From the IMG/VR virus record IMGVR_UViG_3300028048_001497, positions 110,541 through 174,540 of that record: a DNA stretch of 64,000 nt; one strand, written 5' to 3'. Below the pieces are notes generated by a model. That model searched no databases. It was not told the origin of the DNA and worked only from the letters and a program-made list of their open reading frames with translations. The position numbers and the translations under genes are program-made. Source of the DNA: a virus (taxonomy: Duplodnaviria > Caudoviricetes). Below, one piece after another: positions 1-9,500 of the stretch. Positions within the stretch are counted from its first letter, which is position 1. The number at the start of each line of letters is the position of its first letter.

Positions 1-1
1 A

Positions 2-2395
2 AAAGCATTTACAAATCCAAGAAAAACACGTAGATTTGCAAAATTAAGACAACAATTAAAAGAACATAAAAAACTAACTAGAAGAAAGTTTCAAAAATAT
101 CAAAGAGAACGTAAATTATATGTGCAACAAATAAAAAAAGCGAGAGCAATACAAAAGCATAATCAAATAATTCGAGCAAGAATACAAGCTAAAAGAAAAC
201 TTGCTAGAGAAAAACTTGCACAACATTTGAAATGGTCAAAAAGATTTAAATATGCAAAACGTAGTGGCTTGTTAGCAATTGGAGCTGCGTTTTTAACAAG
301 TTTATTTGATAAAGATGTAAGAAATAGTACTATTGGTTCTATTGATGCAGGTTTAGCAGGTGCTTTTATTGGTGGTGCTTTAGGTGGTACAAAAGGAGCT
401 ATGCTTGGTGGTGCAATTGGAGCAGGTGCGTCTGAATTGTTACAGACAAATGATGAAAAAGCAAGTCAAGCATTGGCGAGTGAAATGAAACAAGAAGCAG
501 AAATGCAGAAAGATGATAGTTTAGCAGGTCTAGTTCTTGATTCACCATCTAAAAAACAAACAGAAACGCAACAATATAAAGCTAGTCATGCAGATGAACA
601 ATCTAAAAAACAATCAAAACAATTTAATCAATATGTTAATTACAAAAAAGCAGAAACAGAAGCATATAACAAAGAAAAAGAAATGGAAATACAACGTAAA
701 ACCATTGATGATTCATCTGAAATGATTAATGCGACAAATGATTTGTATACACAAGAAAAACGTCAAAGTTTAGAATCTCATGGTATTCAATGGGGACAAG
801 TTGCAACTCATGAAAAACAAATTTGGCAAACAACTTATGAAAATTTCTTAGCAGTTTATCAAGATAGAAAAATGGCATTGGAAATGGCTGCGAAAGCACT
901 CATAGCTTGTAAGAGTATGGGTGGCGGTAGTGGAATAAATGGTGCTCCAACATCATTTGTTGAATATGGTAATAGAATGTTACAAAGTGCTCCACCAGAA
1001 ATACGTCAAATGATAAAAAATGCGCATGATAAATATCCAAATGTTCCTGAGTTTGTTATTGCGGCAATTGCCGCACATGAAAGCGGATTTCAAAATGTAA
1101 TGAATGGTCAAGGCTCTGGTGCAACAGGTATGATGCAAATAATGCCTGGTACAGCCGCAGGTGTTGGATATGGAGATACAGATAGATTACTTCATGACCC
1201 ACAATATAATTTAATGGCAGGTACAGCATATGTAAGCACTTTAGCATCTAATTATGATTCATGGGCAAAAACTATAGCTGCATATAGTTTAGGTGGTGGA
1301 GCGATTGATGGTTTAATTAAAAAATATGGAAATGATTGGTATAGACATTTGGAAGAAGCAGATGAAGCGTCAGGTGTACCTGGTCAAACAACAAATTATT
1401 TAAAAAGTTTGGGATTAATGGATGAAAATGGAAATTTAAAACCTGAAAATGCAAGTTCCGTATCTATATCTCCTAGTGTGTCTAGTCCTCCAGGCGCAGA
1501 ATATAGTGGGGATTTAGGTGTTGATTTTTCTCATTTAAGATGGAGTGGATTCGTAGCAGAAAAAGGATGGGACCATAGTTATGATGCACATGCAAATTCT
1601 GCACAATATATTGCCATGGATATTGGTAGATTAACTCCAAAAGCGAAACAAAGATTAAATGCATTAACACAATTATATGCAAAATATAGTAATGGTGGAA
1701 CATTAGAATGGAACGTAGCTACATTAGGGCATGACCCTGGTACGGCACATACTACAGGAAGAAAAATTGATATTGCTAGTGGTGGAGTTAATGAAGAAGC
1801 ACTAATTAAAGCAGGTAATGAAGCTCATGTTGGTGTAGATAGAGAAGACCCTTATCACTATGATTTGTTATTAGAAGGTACAGGTTCAAATCATTTGGGA
1901 CCAGTTATAACAGAAAGATTTTCTTGGGATGATGCAAATTCAAATGGTGATTCAGGAGCAAATCCAAAATTAAATCTTAATTTGAATCTTGAAGATATAA
2001 AACCAAAAACATTAAAAGAACAATGGGATGACAGTTGGAAAGCGTATAAAAAAGCAGTTCATAATGGTAAAGCAAAGCATGGTGCTCTAGTTAATGGTGT
2101 TTATATTGATACATCAAAACCATATCAATCTATTGAAGCAATAGGAAAAGAAATAAGAGAAAAAAATAGAAAACAATGGGGTGGATTGGAGGATTATGTA
2201 AAAGAAAAAGATAAACAAAGTAATTTTAATGGAATAAAACAACAACAAGAAGTATTAGACCATGAAGATATTCAAATGAAACTAACCAGAGAACAAATGG
2301 ATTCAAATCAAATTGTTAATTTTGTTAAGGATGTTAAAGACGCTTTAAGTGCTTTGTATGAACCATCAGGCTTTAATGTAGCTTGTGTTGTATAA
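2..2395 (+). CDS. Tape-measure-like tail protein with lytic transglycosylase (SLT) and M15/LAS-like peptidase domains (5' truncated by window)
   Basis: Frame is open from nt 2. SLT motifs AIAAHESG, GATGMMQIMPGTA, YNLMAGTAY, AAYSLG; H-x6-D...H motif (AHTTGRKID...EDPYHYD); C-terminal segment paralogous to 3378..9452. Confidence 0.75.
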   Translation, partial: KAFTNPRKTRRFAKLRQQLKEHKKLTRRKFQKYQRERKLYVQQIKKARAIQKHNQIIRARIQAKRKLAREKLAQHLKWSKRFKYAKRSGLLAIGAAFLTSLFDKDVRNSTIGSIDAGLAGAFIGGALGGTKGAMLGGAIGAGASELLQTNDEKASQALASEMKQEAEMQKDDSLAGLVLDSPSKKQTETQQYKASHADEQSKKQSKQFNQYVNYKKAETEAYNKEKEMEIQRKTIDDSSEMINATNDLYTQEKRQSLESHGIQWGQVATHEKQIWQTTYENFLAVYQDRKMALEMAAKALIACKSMGGGSGINGAPTSFVEYGNRMLQSAPPEIRQMIKNAHDKYPNVPEFVIAAIAAHESGFQNVMNGQGSGATGMMQIMPGTAAGVGYGDTDRLLHDPQYNLMAGTAYVSTLASNYDSWAKTIAAYSLGGGAIDGLIKKYGNDWYRHLEEADEASGVPGQTTNYLKSLGLMDENGNLKPENASSVSISPSVSSPPGAEYSGDLGVDFSHLRWSGFVAEKGWDHSYDAHANSAQYIAMDIGRLTPKAKQRLNALTQLYAKYSNGGTLEWNVATLGHDPGTAHTTGRKIDIASGGVNEEALIKAGNEAHVGVDREDPYHYDLLLEGTGSNHLGPVITERFSWDDANSNGDSGANPKLNLNLNLEDIKPKTLKEQWDDSWKAYKKAVHNGKAKHGALVNGVYIDTSKPYQSIEAIGKEIREKNRKQWGGLEDYVKEKDKQSNFNGIKQQQEVLDHEDIQMKLTREQMDSNQIVNFVKDVKDALSALYEPSGFNVACVV

Positions 2396-2404
2396 AAATT
2401 TTAT

Positions 2405-2779
2405 CGTAAGATAAGACCCCCACTTCTAAGCTACGAGGTAGCCGTTAGGCTACCGAGTAACGAAAGTGGGGGATGACTAATACTAACTCTTGACTATTTT
2501 TACAAATAGTGATACAATTAAATCAAAGGAGGTAAAACAAAATGCTAAAAGCGTACAAATTCAAATATCTTGAATGAAGGTAAAAGGCTACTAAAAGTAG
2601 CCTAAACCATATAAAAACTGTACCGTAGGGCTTACGGAATCAGTATAAAACTAAGCCTATGGAGATTGTGTAAGACGTAAAAATGTATGGCTACGCCATA
2701 CCTCATGCGGTTTCACCGCATACGCTACGGTCTGAGAAGTAGGAATCCCCCCACCTCTTTAGGTGGGGGAGGATGTCAA
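2405..2779 (+). mobile_element. Non-autonomous IS200/IS605 (tnpB/IS1341-type) mini-element, copy 1: tnpB internally deleted, omegaRNA region retained
   Basis: Follows TTTAT. Left-end hairpin ccccactt...aagtgggg; SD+ATG 2542 gives MLKAYKF (TnpB N-terminus) joined to NILNEGKRLLKVA* (TnpB C-terminus, other frame); right end ggaatccccccacctctttaggtgggggaggatgTCAA; near-identical to 33004..33378. Confidence 0.85.
2490..2518 (+). promoter_or_regulatory. sigmaA-type promoter inside mini-element copy 1
   Basis: TTGACT-N17-TACAAT with extended TG; conserved in copy 2. Confidence 0.7.
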
Positions 2780-2799
2780 TTGATATAATATTTCCAATA
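2580..2799 (+). ncRNA. Putative TnpB omegaRNA (reRNA) scaffold plus flank-derived guide, copy 1 (boundaries approximate)
   Basis: Hairpin-rich region from the tnpB 3' end to the TCAA right end; guide would begin TTGATATAATATTTCC. Confidence 0.65.
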
Positions 2800-2864
2800 A
2801 AATTATCTATATTTTAATTAGATGATAAAAATTTTTCATAATAGGAAGGATTTGACATAATATT

Positions 2865-3275
2865 ATGGCAACTAAAAATAAAAATGATAAATTGATTTCT
2901 GAAATGCTTGCAGATTTGATTGACCCCAGTGAGGAAACAGAAGTTGTAGAAAAGTATGGTAAGAAATGGGCTATGCGTCCGATTTCTTCACAGGAATATC
3001 TTGAAGCATTAAAGGAAAGTCAGAGTTATAATAAAGATGATTTAACTCGTATGTTCGGTATGCAGATTAGTATTCTTAAACATGCTTTGGTTTCTGTAAA
3101 CGATTTGGTTCTTACAGATGAACAAAAGACAAAGGTTCTAAATGCAATTAGTCCTGCCGTTCTTACAACATTGTATAATGAGTTTGAAGTTATTCGTCAT
3201 AAGAATGATGATGAAATTTCAAAGATTGAAAATGCTTCAGCAGAAAAAACAAAAAATGACACAATTGATGCTTAA
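2865..3275 (+). CDS. Probable tail assembly chaperone
   Basis: 136-aa acidic protein immediately upstream of the tape measure gene; RBS ggaagga. Confidence 0.6.
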   Translation: MATKNKNDKLISEMLADLIDPSEETEVVEKYGKKWAMRPISSQEYLEALKESQSYNKDDLTRMFGMQISILKHALVSVNDLVLTDEQKTKVLNAISPAVLTTLYNEFEVIRHKNDDEISKIENASAEKTKNDTIDA

Positions 3276-3288
3276 CAATTTTTAATAA

Positions 3289-3325
3289 AAAAGTGGTTCT
3301 ACTTGAATAGAACCACTTTTATTTT
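3289..3325 (+). terminator. Intrinsic terminator
   Basis: aaaagtggttcta/tagaaccactttt stem plus T tract. Confidence 0.7.
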
Positions 3326-3377
3326 GTATTTTTTTTATAGGTATTATACGAAAAATAGAAGTTGGTGAGATTAAATA

Positions 3378-6300
3378 ATGGCTGAACAGATTGTTACATT
3401 ATCTGATACACAGATAGAACAAACAAAAGAAAAGTTTGAAAAACTTACAAAAGAAATTAATCATTTTAATGAACAATTAAATACATTAGTACAAAAATCT
3501 TTTGATAACAATAAATTCCAAGAATTATCGGTTGTAATTGAAAAAGTAGCACAGATGAAAAACAATCAGCAGGAATTTATGGATTTGTTGATGTCTGATT
3601 TGTCAGATAAAAGTTTACAACCATTATATGATGGATTAATCAATCAACGTAATATAGCTTTAACTATTATTTCTAGGATTGGCAAAATTAATGAAAAATC
3701 ATCAAAGAGTTTAGACGATTTTACAAAGAATGTTGTTGATACATTAACAAAAATTTCTGATGATTTTGCTAAAAACGTTGAAGATACAACAGATGTAATT
3801 CAAAATTTATCTTCTAATTTTAAAACAAAAGAAGATAAAATTTTAATAGACAGAAAAGTTTTTTTGAATACAATGCTACAAATGTATTCAGATTTAAAAC
3901 AAGTTGATATTGCAAAACTTGATGCTTTAACAAATCTTAATGAAGAAGCAGCTAATAAAGTTATTAATAGATATTCTGGTCAGTCAAAAGCTAAATTAAC
4001 CAATTTAATTAAGCGTGTTACAGAAGAAGTTAATCAAACTGTTCGAGATAATACTGTTACAGATGGTTCTTTAAGTTTACTTGCACAAATAAAAGAAATT
4101 CGAGAATTAAATATTAATAATTCAGGTGACGTTAGAGACGTAACTAGAATGAGTAATATTTTGACTCGTTTAGCAGATGTTAATAAAGACAATCTGGAAC
4201 AAAGAAAAAATGGATTACTTAGTTCTGTTTCATCTGGTAATTTTTCTGATTTTGCAAAAATAGATAAATTTGTTACATTATCTACAGAAAAAGCAACCAA
4301 AAATATGCAAGAAATTGTATCTATGAGTGAATCCATTAGTAATAGTAATCCTGATAATCCAACTGTTGCAAAAATAAATAATGATAAAATAGTACCACAA
4401 ATTCAAACTTTGATAGAAGATGTTTATAAAGCAAATTCGGAAGTTTTAACCTCTGCTATAACAGAATTTGGCAATCAATTTGACGAAGAAGCACATGGTA
4501 ATGATGAAACTCATTATAATAATGTTCAAGCATTAAATTTGTCTAATGCTTTTACTATGTCAAGAACATCAAATTATAATAATTTCCGTTTTAATAATGC
4601 TTTCAATGGCATGTTTTCTTCTGATACAGAATTAAATCAATTATACAACAATTATAACAGAAGTACATATGTCTATAATAATGAGATTAAAAGTATATTA
4701 AGTAATGAAGAAAACACATCAAAAAAATATGGTATAGATAAAAATGATTTATTGTTGAATGATATAAAATCAGGGAGATTATCTTACGGATTAGGGAGTA
4801 GCAATCAAAATCTAATACAATTATCTCACGAATTTAATCAACGTAAATTATCTGGAGCAAATAAACATGATGAAGAAACTGCTAAAGACATGAGTAAGAT
4901 GTTGGCAGAAGCTATTCATCAAACGTATCAACAGATATATGTTACTTCTCGTTTTGACCCAGATTCTAAATTATTAAAAACATTAAAAGAACAAGCAAAA
5001 CAATTAGAAGAAGAAAAAAATGATTTAGACGAAAGTATCAAGAACAAAGAACTGCAAAAACACCATAGTTTATTTAAAGATATAAAAAGTGTAGCAGGAT
5101 TTTTTGGTAAAGCACTTGCTTTAATGGGGCTAGGTGGACTATTTTCTATTCATAGTTGGATGGATAAGATTAAAAATAGAGCCAATGCTAATGGTGAAAT
5201 GTTGTATAACAACTATTTAGCAAATGCTTCTATTGGTGCTCCCATGTCTCAAAATGCGAATGAACTTGTATTTGGATTGGGACAAAATCTTTATACTGCT
5301 TCTTATGGACAAATAGATTTTGGTGTTCCATCAGCATTTTATAGAAGTTTAGCTGGTTCTATATTAGGTGGTCAAGGTGGACAAAAAGCAAGTGATTTAA
5401 TGAATTTTACACGTGCTTTTGTTGTACCGTCACAATTATATGGAATTGATGCAGGTACATTTTCACAAGGGATAAATGCGTTTTATTACGAAAATCGCAT
5501 GTCTGCAAAAGAAACGATTGGTATGATGTATCGTGTTATGGCAGACGCTAAAAAAGCACAAATACCAATTAATCAATACATGAATCTTATTTCGCAGATG
5601 GTAACTCAATATAGAACATTAGGTTATAACGGAAAACAAACTGTTGATAACATGAGTTACATGATTGCAGAAGGTTATCGTGCAGAAGATGCAAAATCTT
5701 TTATTGGACAGATGTATGATGCACAACAAAACTTTTCTGCAAATTTATATAATTCTGTCTATTCTGTTATTGGCGGTGGCGCGGATAACATGTGGCAGGG
5801 TATGTATGCTAATTTAAAAACTGTAGATAGATTTGGTAATCCATATAAAGATAGACAAAAATATGTTGGTTCTCAAATGTTAGCTAAATTGCATATGGTT
5901 ACAGATATGTTTGACAATCCTATTATGAAACAATTTGGTGCATATCAGGTAACTAAAGGAATGGGTTTGAATATGAAAAATTCAGATGCTATTCTATATG
6001 CGATAGAAGATGGTGATGAATCAAAACTTGAAACACTTTTTGAAGGAGCACAACAAGACGAATTAAGCAAAAATCAAGCTGCAACAGAAGCTACTAAAGG
6101 TTTCACGCAGGAATTACAACAAGCGTCTAGCTTATTGTCAGAAACACAAAAGAATAAAGCAGAAATGATGGCTTCTGCTAATAAATTATCTGATAATTTT
6201 GTTGGTCATGGACAAGCTATGCAACAATTTGAACAGATAGCAGAAGAAGGTATCAATAAAGTAGAGCAGGTAATGGAGCAATTAATTGCTTTGGTTGGAC

Positions 6301-9300
6301 AAATACCTGATTTAATAAAAAAATCCCCATTATTATCACAAGCATTTATGTTTGTAGGCCAACATCCATTTTTAACATTGGCAGGTGGTTTGGTAGGATG
6401 GTCATTATTAAAAAATGGTGCTAAACACGTTTTTAATTTTGCAAAAGAAAAAGCATTTGGTCATTGGAATGATGTAAAACATAAAGATGTAACAGACGAA
6501 GTTAAAGAAACTACACCGTCTGAAACAAAAACATTAAAAGAAGAAACCCCAAAATTAAACAATAATAAAGGTTTCTTTAATAATATGAAATCCAGATTAG
6601 CGGATTGGAAACCAAAGTCATTTAATAGTAAATCATTATCTAGTTTAACAAAGAAAATCCCACATAAGGGATTGATGGGTGTTGTTGGAACAGGTATGAC
6701 ATTAGGGGCTATGTTATTGGGAAGTTCTTCTAGTGCTTCTGCAAATCCTTCTGAACAGGGGGACGAGAATCAATCAGAAGAACAAGATGATGAACAAAGC
6801 ATAAATTCTATGTATATTATGTTCAAAACTGGTAATTCAAAAGTTACTTTCTATAACAAAGACGGTAAATTAATTGATGTAACAGGAAGAACAGGCATTG
6901 AATCGTGGTTAATGCAAAATGGATTTAGTTTGTTTAGTGCATTAACTGTTGCTACTGCTGCAGGTGCTAGTGGAAAATTTGCATATGACAAACTTAAACA
7001 GTTTAAAGAAGCAAAATTTCCAAAATTTCCTAGTGTAAAAATGCCAAAAGAAATATCTGAAAAAGATATACAAAATACAGAAAAATTAGCTAATCCATCA
7101 ACAAAACCATCAATGCTAGATGCAACTCTTACTTTTTTGGGTTTAAAACCGGGTTCTGAAAAAGGTAAACCAAAAGGAAAAGAAAAATTATCTGAAAAAG
7201 AAAAAGTACCAAAAGAAAGTAATTGGTCTAAATGGGGTGGAAGATTATTTAATTTCCTTACTGTTGCTGGTTCAGTTGGTAGTGAATTATTATCTGATGA
7301 TGATAGAACAACAGGACAAAAAGTTGTAGCAGGTGGAATAGAAGCAGGTACGGAATTAGCTACATATAAAGTTTTGGATAAAACAGTAGGTAGAATACCG
7401 TATATTGGCAAACCATTAGCTTTATTATTGCCTTTTGCTGATTCTTTATCAGGTACTAATATAATGTCTAAAATATCAGAAAAAGCAAAGGCATTTGCAG
7501 GTGTACAGGCTAAATATAAATCTGGTAATGAAATGTTCCTTGATGCAATGAATAATCAAACAGGAATGACAGGTGCAAGTTTTGAGAAATTAATTCATTC
7601 TGAAACTGCGCAAGGTAATTATTTTAGAAGTTATTTATCTGCAAACGGTATTGAATATGACAAATTAAATGAACAAGAAAAATTATTCTTTAAATTGCAG
7701 ATGGATGAATTAGCATTTGTGCAACAAAGTGTTGCTAAAGTTCTTGCATTAGCTATTATTGCATTAAAAAATGCACAAATATCAGGTAATTTTAATTTAA
7801 ATGATGATGACGATTCTATCTTTAAAAAAGATGGAAAGAAATTAAAAGATGATATTATTCAAAAAATAAAACAAGATGCTCAAGATTCATTTCCAGAAGG
7901 TGGTCATGATTTTGAGAATATTAATCAAGCTGCACATTTTGTAAAATATGGTCAACGTTTATATGAAAAATTAAACGATGAAGGGTATGATTCTGAAAAA
8001 TTAAATCAATTAGCAAGTGCGATTACTTATGCTAAATATAGCGTTTGGGCTATGAATGGTTTTCAAGATTATGATTTGGATTATTATGGAACAACATGGA
8101 CAATTACGAACCCATATGAAGATGATTCTTCTGATAGAACTGAAAGCGAAGATATTGCAGATACCACCTATTCTGGAGGTATAACACCGGTACTTAAAGA
8201 AATTTGGGATAGGTGTCATGGAAAATCTTCGGAAGAAATATCTCGTGAACAAGCTCAAAAAATTAAAGAAGATTTACAAGAACAGTATGGCGAAACAATT
8301 GCAGAACAAATATCAAGTGGATATAATAATTTAATTTTTGCTGGTTGGGTTGGTCCTGTAAAAAAACAATATATGACTGAATATGCACAAGAAAAAATGG
8401 AAAATCCTGATAATATGGAAGATGATACACAACAAAATTCAAATCAAGCTCCAGATTTTTCAAATGCGAATGCTGGAGCATATGCAAGTATGGTAGAACA
8501 AGCTAAAATGATTTCTCAATTAACTGGTTTACCAGCAGATATAATATTTGCGCAATTAGCATTTGAAACAGGTCAAAATCCATCTGATATGGCATATTCT
8601 GATAAAATTCATAATTATGGTGGGACTACTGTTGATATGGGGCATGGAAAAAATGATAGTGGCTTTGGTATTTATGTAAACAATAAAGAGGGCGCAGAAG
8701 CATATGTAAAAGGTACAGTCCCAGTTAGAGACCAATTACCACAATTAAAGGAAGCAATCGCACAAGGCGATTTGAAAAAATATGTACATTTATTAAAATA
8801 TGGTATGGAAGAGTCTGGTAAAGGAAATTATCAATATTTTACTGGCGATGAAAATGAATATTTAAATGGTATAATGTCTTATTTATCATTAGCTCATAAA
8901 TTAGGATTGAATGGTGTAACACCTAATGGTACATTTAATTTTTCAAATTATACTCCTAGAACTTTAAAAGAACAAAGTGATAAAGCATGGGAAGATTATA
9001 GAAAAGCAGTTGGGAATGGAAAAAAAATAAGCGGTTATTTGGTCAATGGTATTTACATTGATACAAGTAGGCAATATCAATCTGTTGAAGAACAAGGTAA
9101 AAAATTACGTGAAGCTATGAGGGATGGTTCTTATTATACAGACCCACAAAAAGTATATCAAGAATTAGACGAACTAAACAAGAAAAATGCAAAGAAAATT
9201 GTTGAAGATACTAATACTCAAATCAAAAAACAACAAGAAAGTCAAAAACAAATACAAGAAATGGCAAAAAAAGAAGCAGATGCAAAAAAACAACAACAGG

Positions 9301-9452
9301 AACAAGAAAATAAAGATAAGACTGTTTGTAGTTTGTCTGTTATGGGTACATTAAAACAAGGAATAGAATTAGAACAAGTATTAGATGTTATTAAAGCTAT
9401 TGCGCAAGCAGACGGATTTAATACTGATACGAAAATGGTTCAACAGGGGTAA
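3378..9452 (+). CDS. Tape measure protein with C-terminal GH73/FlgJ-like glucosaminidase domain
   Basis: 2024 aa, helical with hydrophobic Gly/Ala segments; IIFAQLAFETG...HNYGG...YFTGDENEY motif; follows the chaperone. Confidence 0.8.
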   Translation: MAEQIVTLSDTQIEQTKEKFEKLTKEINHFNEQLNTLVQKSFDNNKFQELSVVIEKVAQMKNNQQEFMDLLMSDLSDKSLQPLYDGLINQRNIALTIISRIGKINEKSSKSLDDFTKNVVDTLTKISDDFAKNVEDTTDVIQNLSSNFKTKEDKILIDRKVFLNTMLQMYSDLKQVDIAKLDALTNLNEEAANKVINRYSGQSKAKLTNLIKRVTEEVNQTVRDNTVTDGSLSLLAQIKEIRELNINNSGDVRDVTRMSNILTRLADVNKDNLEQRKNGLLSSVSSGNFSDFAKIDKFVTLSTEKATKNMQEIVSMSESISNSNPDNPTVAKINNDKIVPQIQTLIEDVYKANSEVLTSAITEFGNQFDEEAHGNDETHYNNVQALNLSNAFTMSRTSNYNNFRFNNAFNGMFSSDTELNQLYNNYNRSTYVYNNEIKSILSNEENTSKKYGIDKNDLLLNDIKSGRLSYGLGSSNQNLIQLSHEFNQRKLSGANKHDEETAKDMSKMLAEAIHQTYQQIYVTSRFDPDSKLLKTLKEQAKQLEEEKNDLDESIKNKELQKHHSLFKDIKSVAGFFGKALALMGLGGLFSIHSWMDKIKNRANANGEMLYNNYLANASIGAPMSQNANELVFGLGQNLYTASYGQIDFGVPSAFYRSLAGSILGGQGGQKASDLMNFTRAFVVPSQLYGIDAGTFSQGINAFYYENRMSAKETIGMMYRVMADAKKAQIPINQYMNLISQMVTQYRTLGYNGKQTVDNMSYMIAEGYRAEDAKSFIGQMYDAQQNFSANLYNSVYSVIGGGADNMWQGMYANLKTVDRFGNPYKDRQKYVGSQMLAKLHMVTDMFDNPIMKQFGAYQVTKGMGLNMKNSDAILYAIEDGDESKLETLFEGAQQDELSKNQAATEATKGFTQELQQASSLLSETQKNKAEMMASANKLSDNFVGHGQAMQQFEQIAEEGINKVEQVMEQLIALVGQIPDLIKKSPLLSQAFMFVGQHPFLTLAGGLVGWSLLKNGAKHVFNFAKEKAFGHWNDVKHKDVTDEVKETTPSETKTLKEETPKLNNNKGFFNNMKSRLADWKPKSFNSKSLSSLTKKIPHKGLMGVVGTGMTLGAMLLGSSSSASANPSEQGDENQSEEQDDEQSINSMYIMFKTGNSKVTFYNKDGKLIDVTGRTGIESWLMQNGFSLFSALTVATAAGASGKFAYDKLKQFKEAKFPKFPSVKMPKEISEKDIQNTEKLANPSTKPSMLDATLTFLGLKPGSEKGKPKGKEKLSEKEKVPKESNWSKWGGRLFNFLTVAGSVGSELLSDDDRTTGQKVVAGGIEAGTELATYKVLDKTVGRIPYIGKPLALLLPFADSLSGTNIMSKISEKAKAFAGVQAKYKSGNEMFLDAMNNQTGMTGASFEKLIHSETAQGNYFRSYLSANGIEYDKLNEQEKLFFKLQMDELAFVQQSVAKVLALAIIALKNAQISGNFNLNDDDDSIFKKDGKKLKDDIIQKIKQDAQDSFPEGGHDFENINQAAHFVKYGQRLYEKLNDEGYDSEKLNQLASAITYAKYSVWAMNGFQDYDLDYYGTTWTITNPYEDDSSDRTESEDIADTTYSGGITPVLKEIWDRCHGKSSEEISREQAQKIKEDLQEQYGETIAEQISSGYNNLIFAGWVGPVKKQYMTEYAQEKMENPDNMEDDTQQNSNQAPDFSNANAGAYASMVEQAKMISQLTGLPADIIFAQLAFETGQNPSDMAYSDKIHNYGGTTVDMGHGKNDSGFGIYVNNKEGAEAYVKGTVPVRDQLPQLKEAIAQGDLKKYVHLLKYGMEESGKGNYQYFTGDENEYLNGIMSYLSLAHKLGLNGVTPNGTFNFSNYTPRTLKEQSDKAWEDYRKAVGNGKKISGYLVNGIYIDTSRQYQSVEEQGKKLREAMRDGSYYTDPQKVYQELDELNKKNAKKIVEDTNTQIKKQQESQKQIQEMAKKEADAKKQQQEQENKDKTVCSLSVMGTLKQGIELEQVLDVIKAIAQADGFNTDTKMVQQG

Positions 9453-9500
9453 TCATTATTTTAATAATGATTACTTTTATTTTTTTATTAGAGAAACTTT

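Noticed and set aside
2780-2799. Second-site targets for the mini-element guides within the window (e.g. near 54394 and 59938)
   Set aside because: Only the TATAAT core matches and no adjacent TTTAT was found by eye; an exhaustive search was not possible
3230-3377. Lambda G/GT-type frameshift in the tail chaperone
   Set aside because: Only about 100 nt follow, occupied by a terminator and promoter motif; there is no extended second frame
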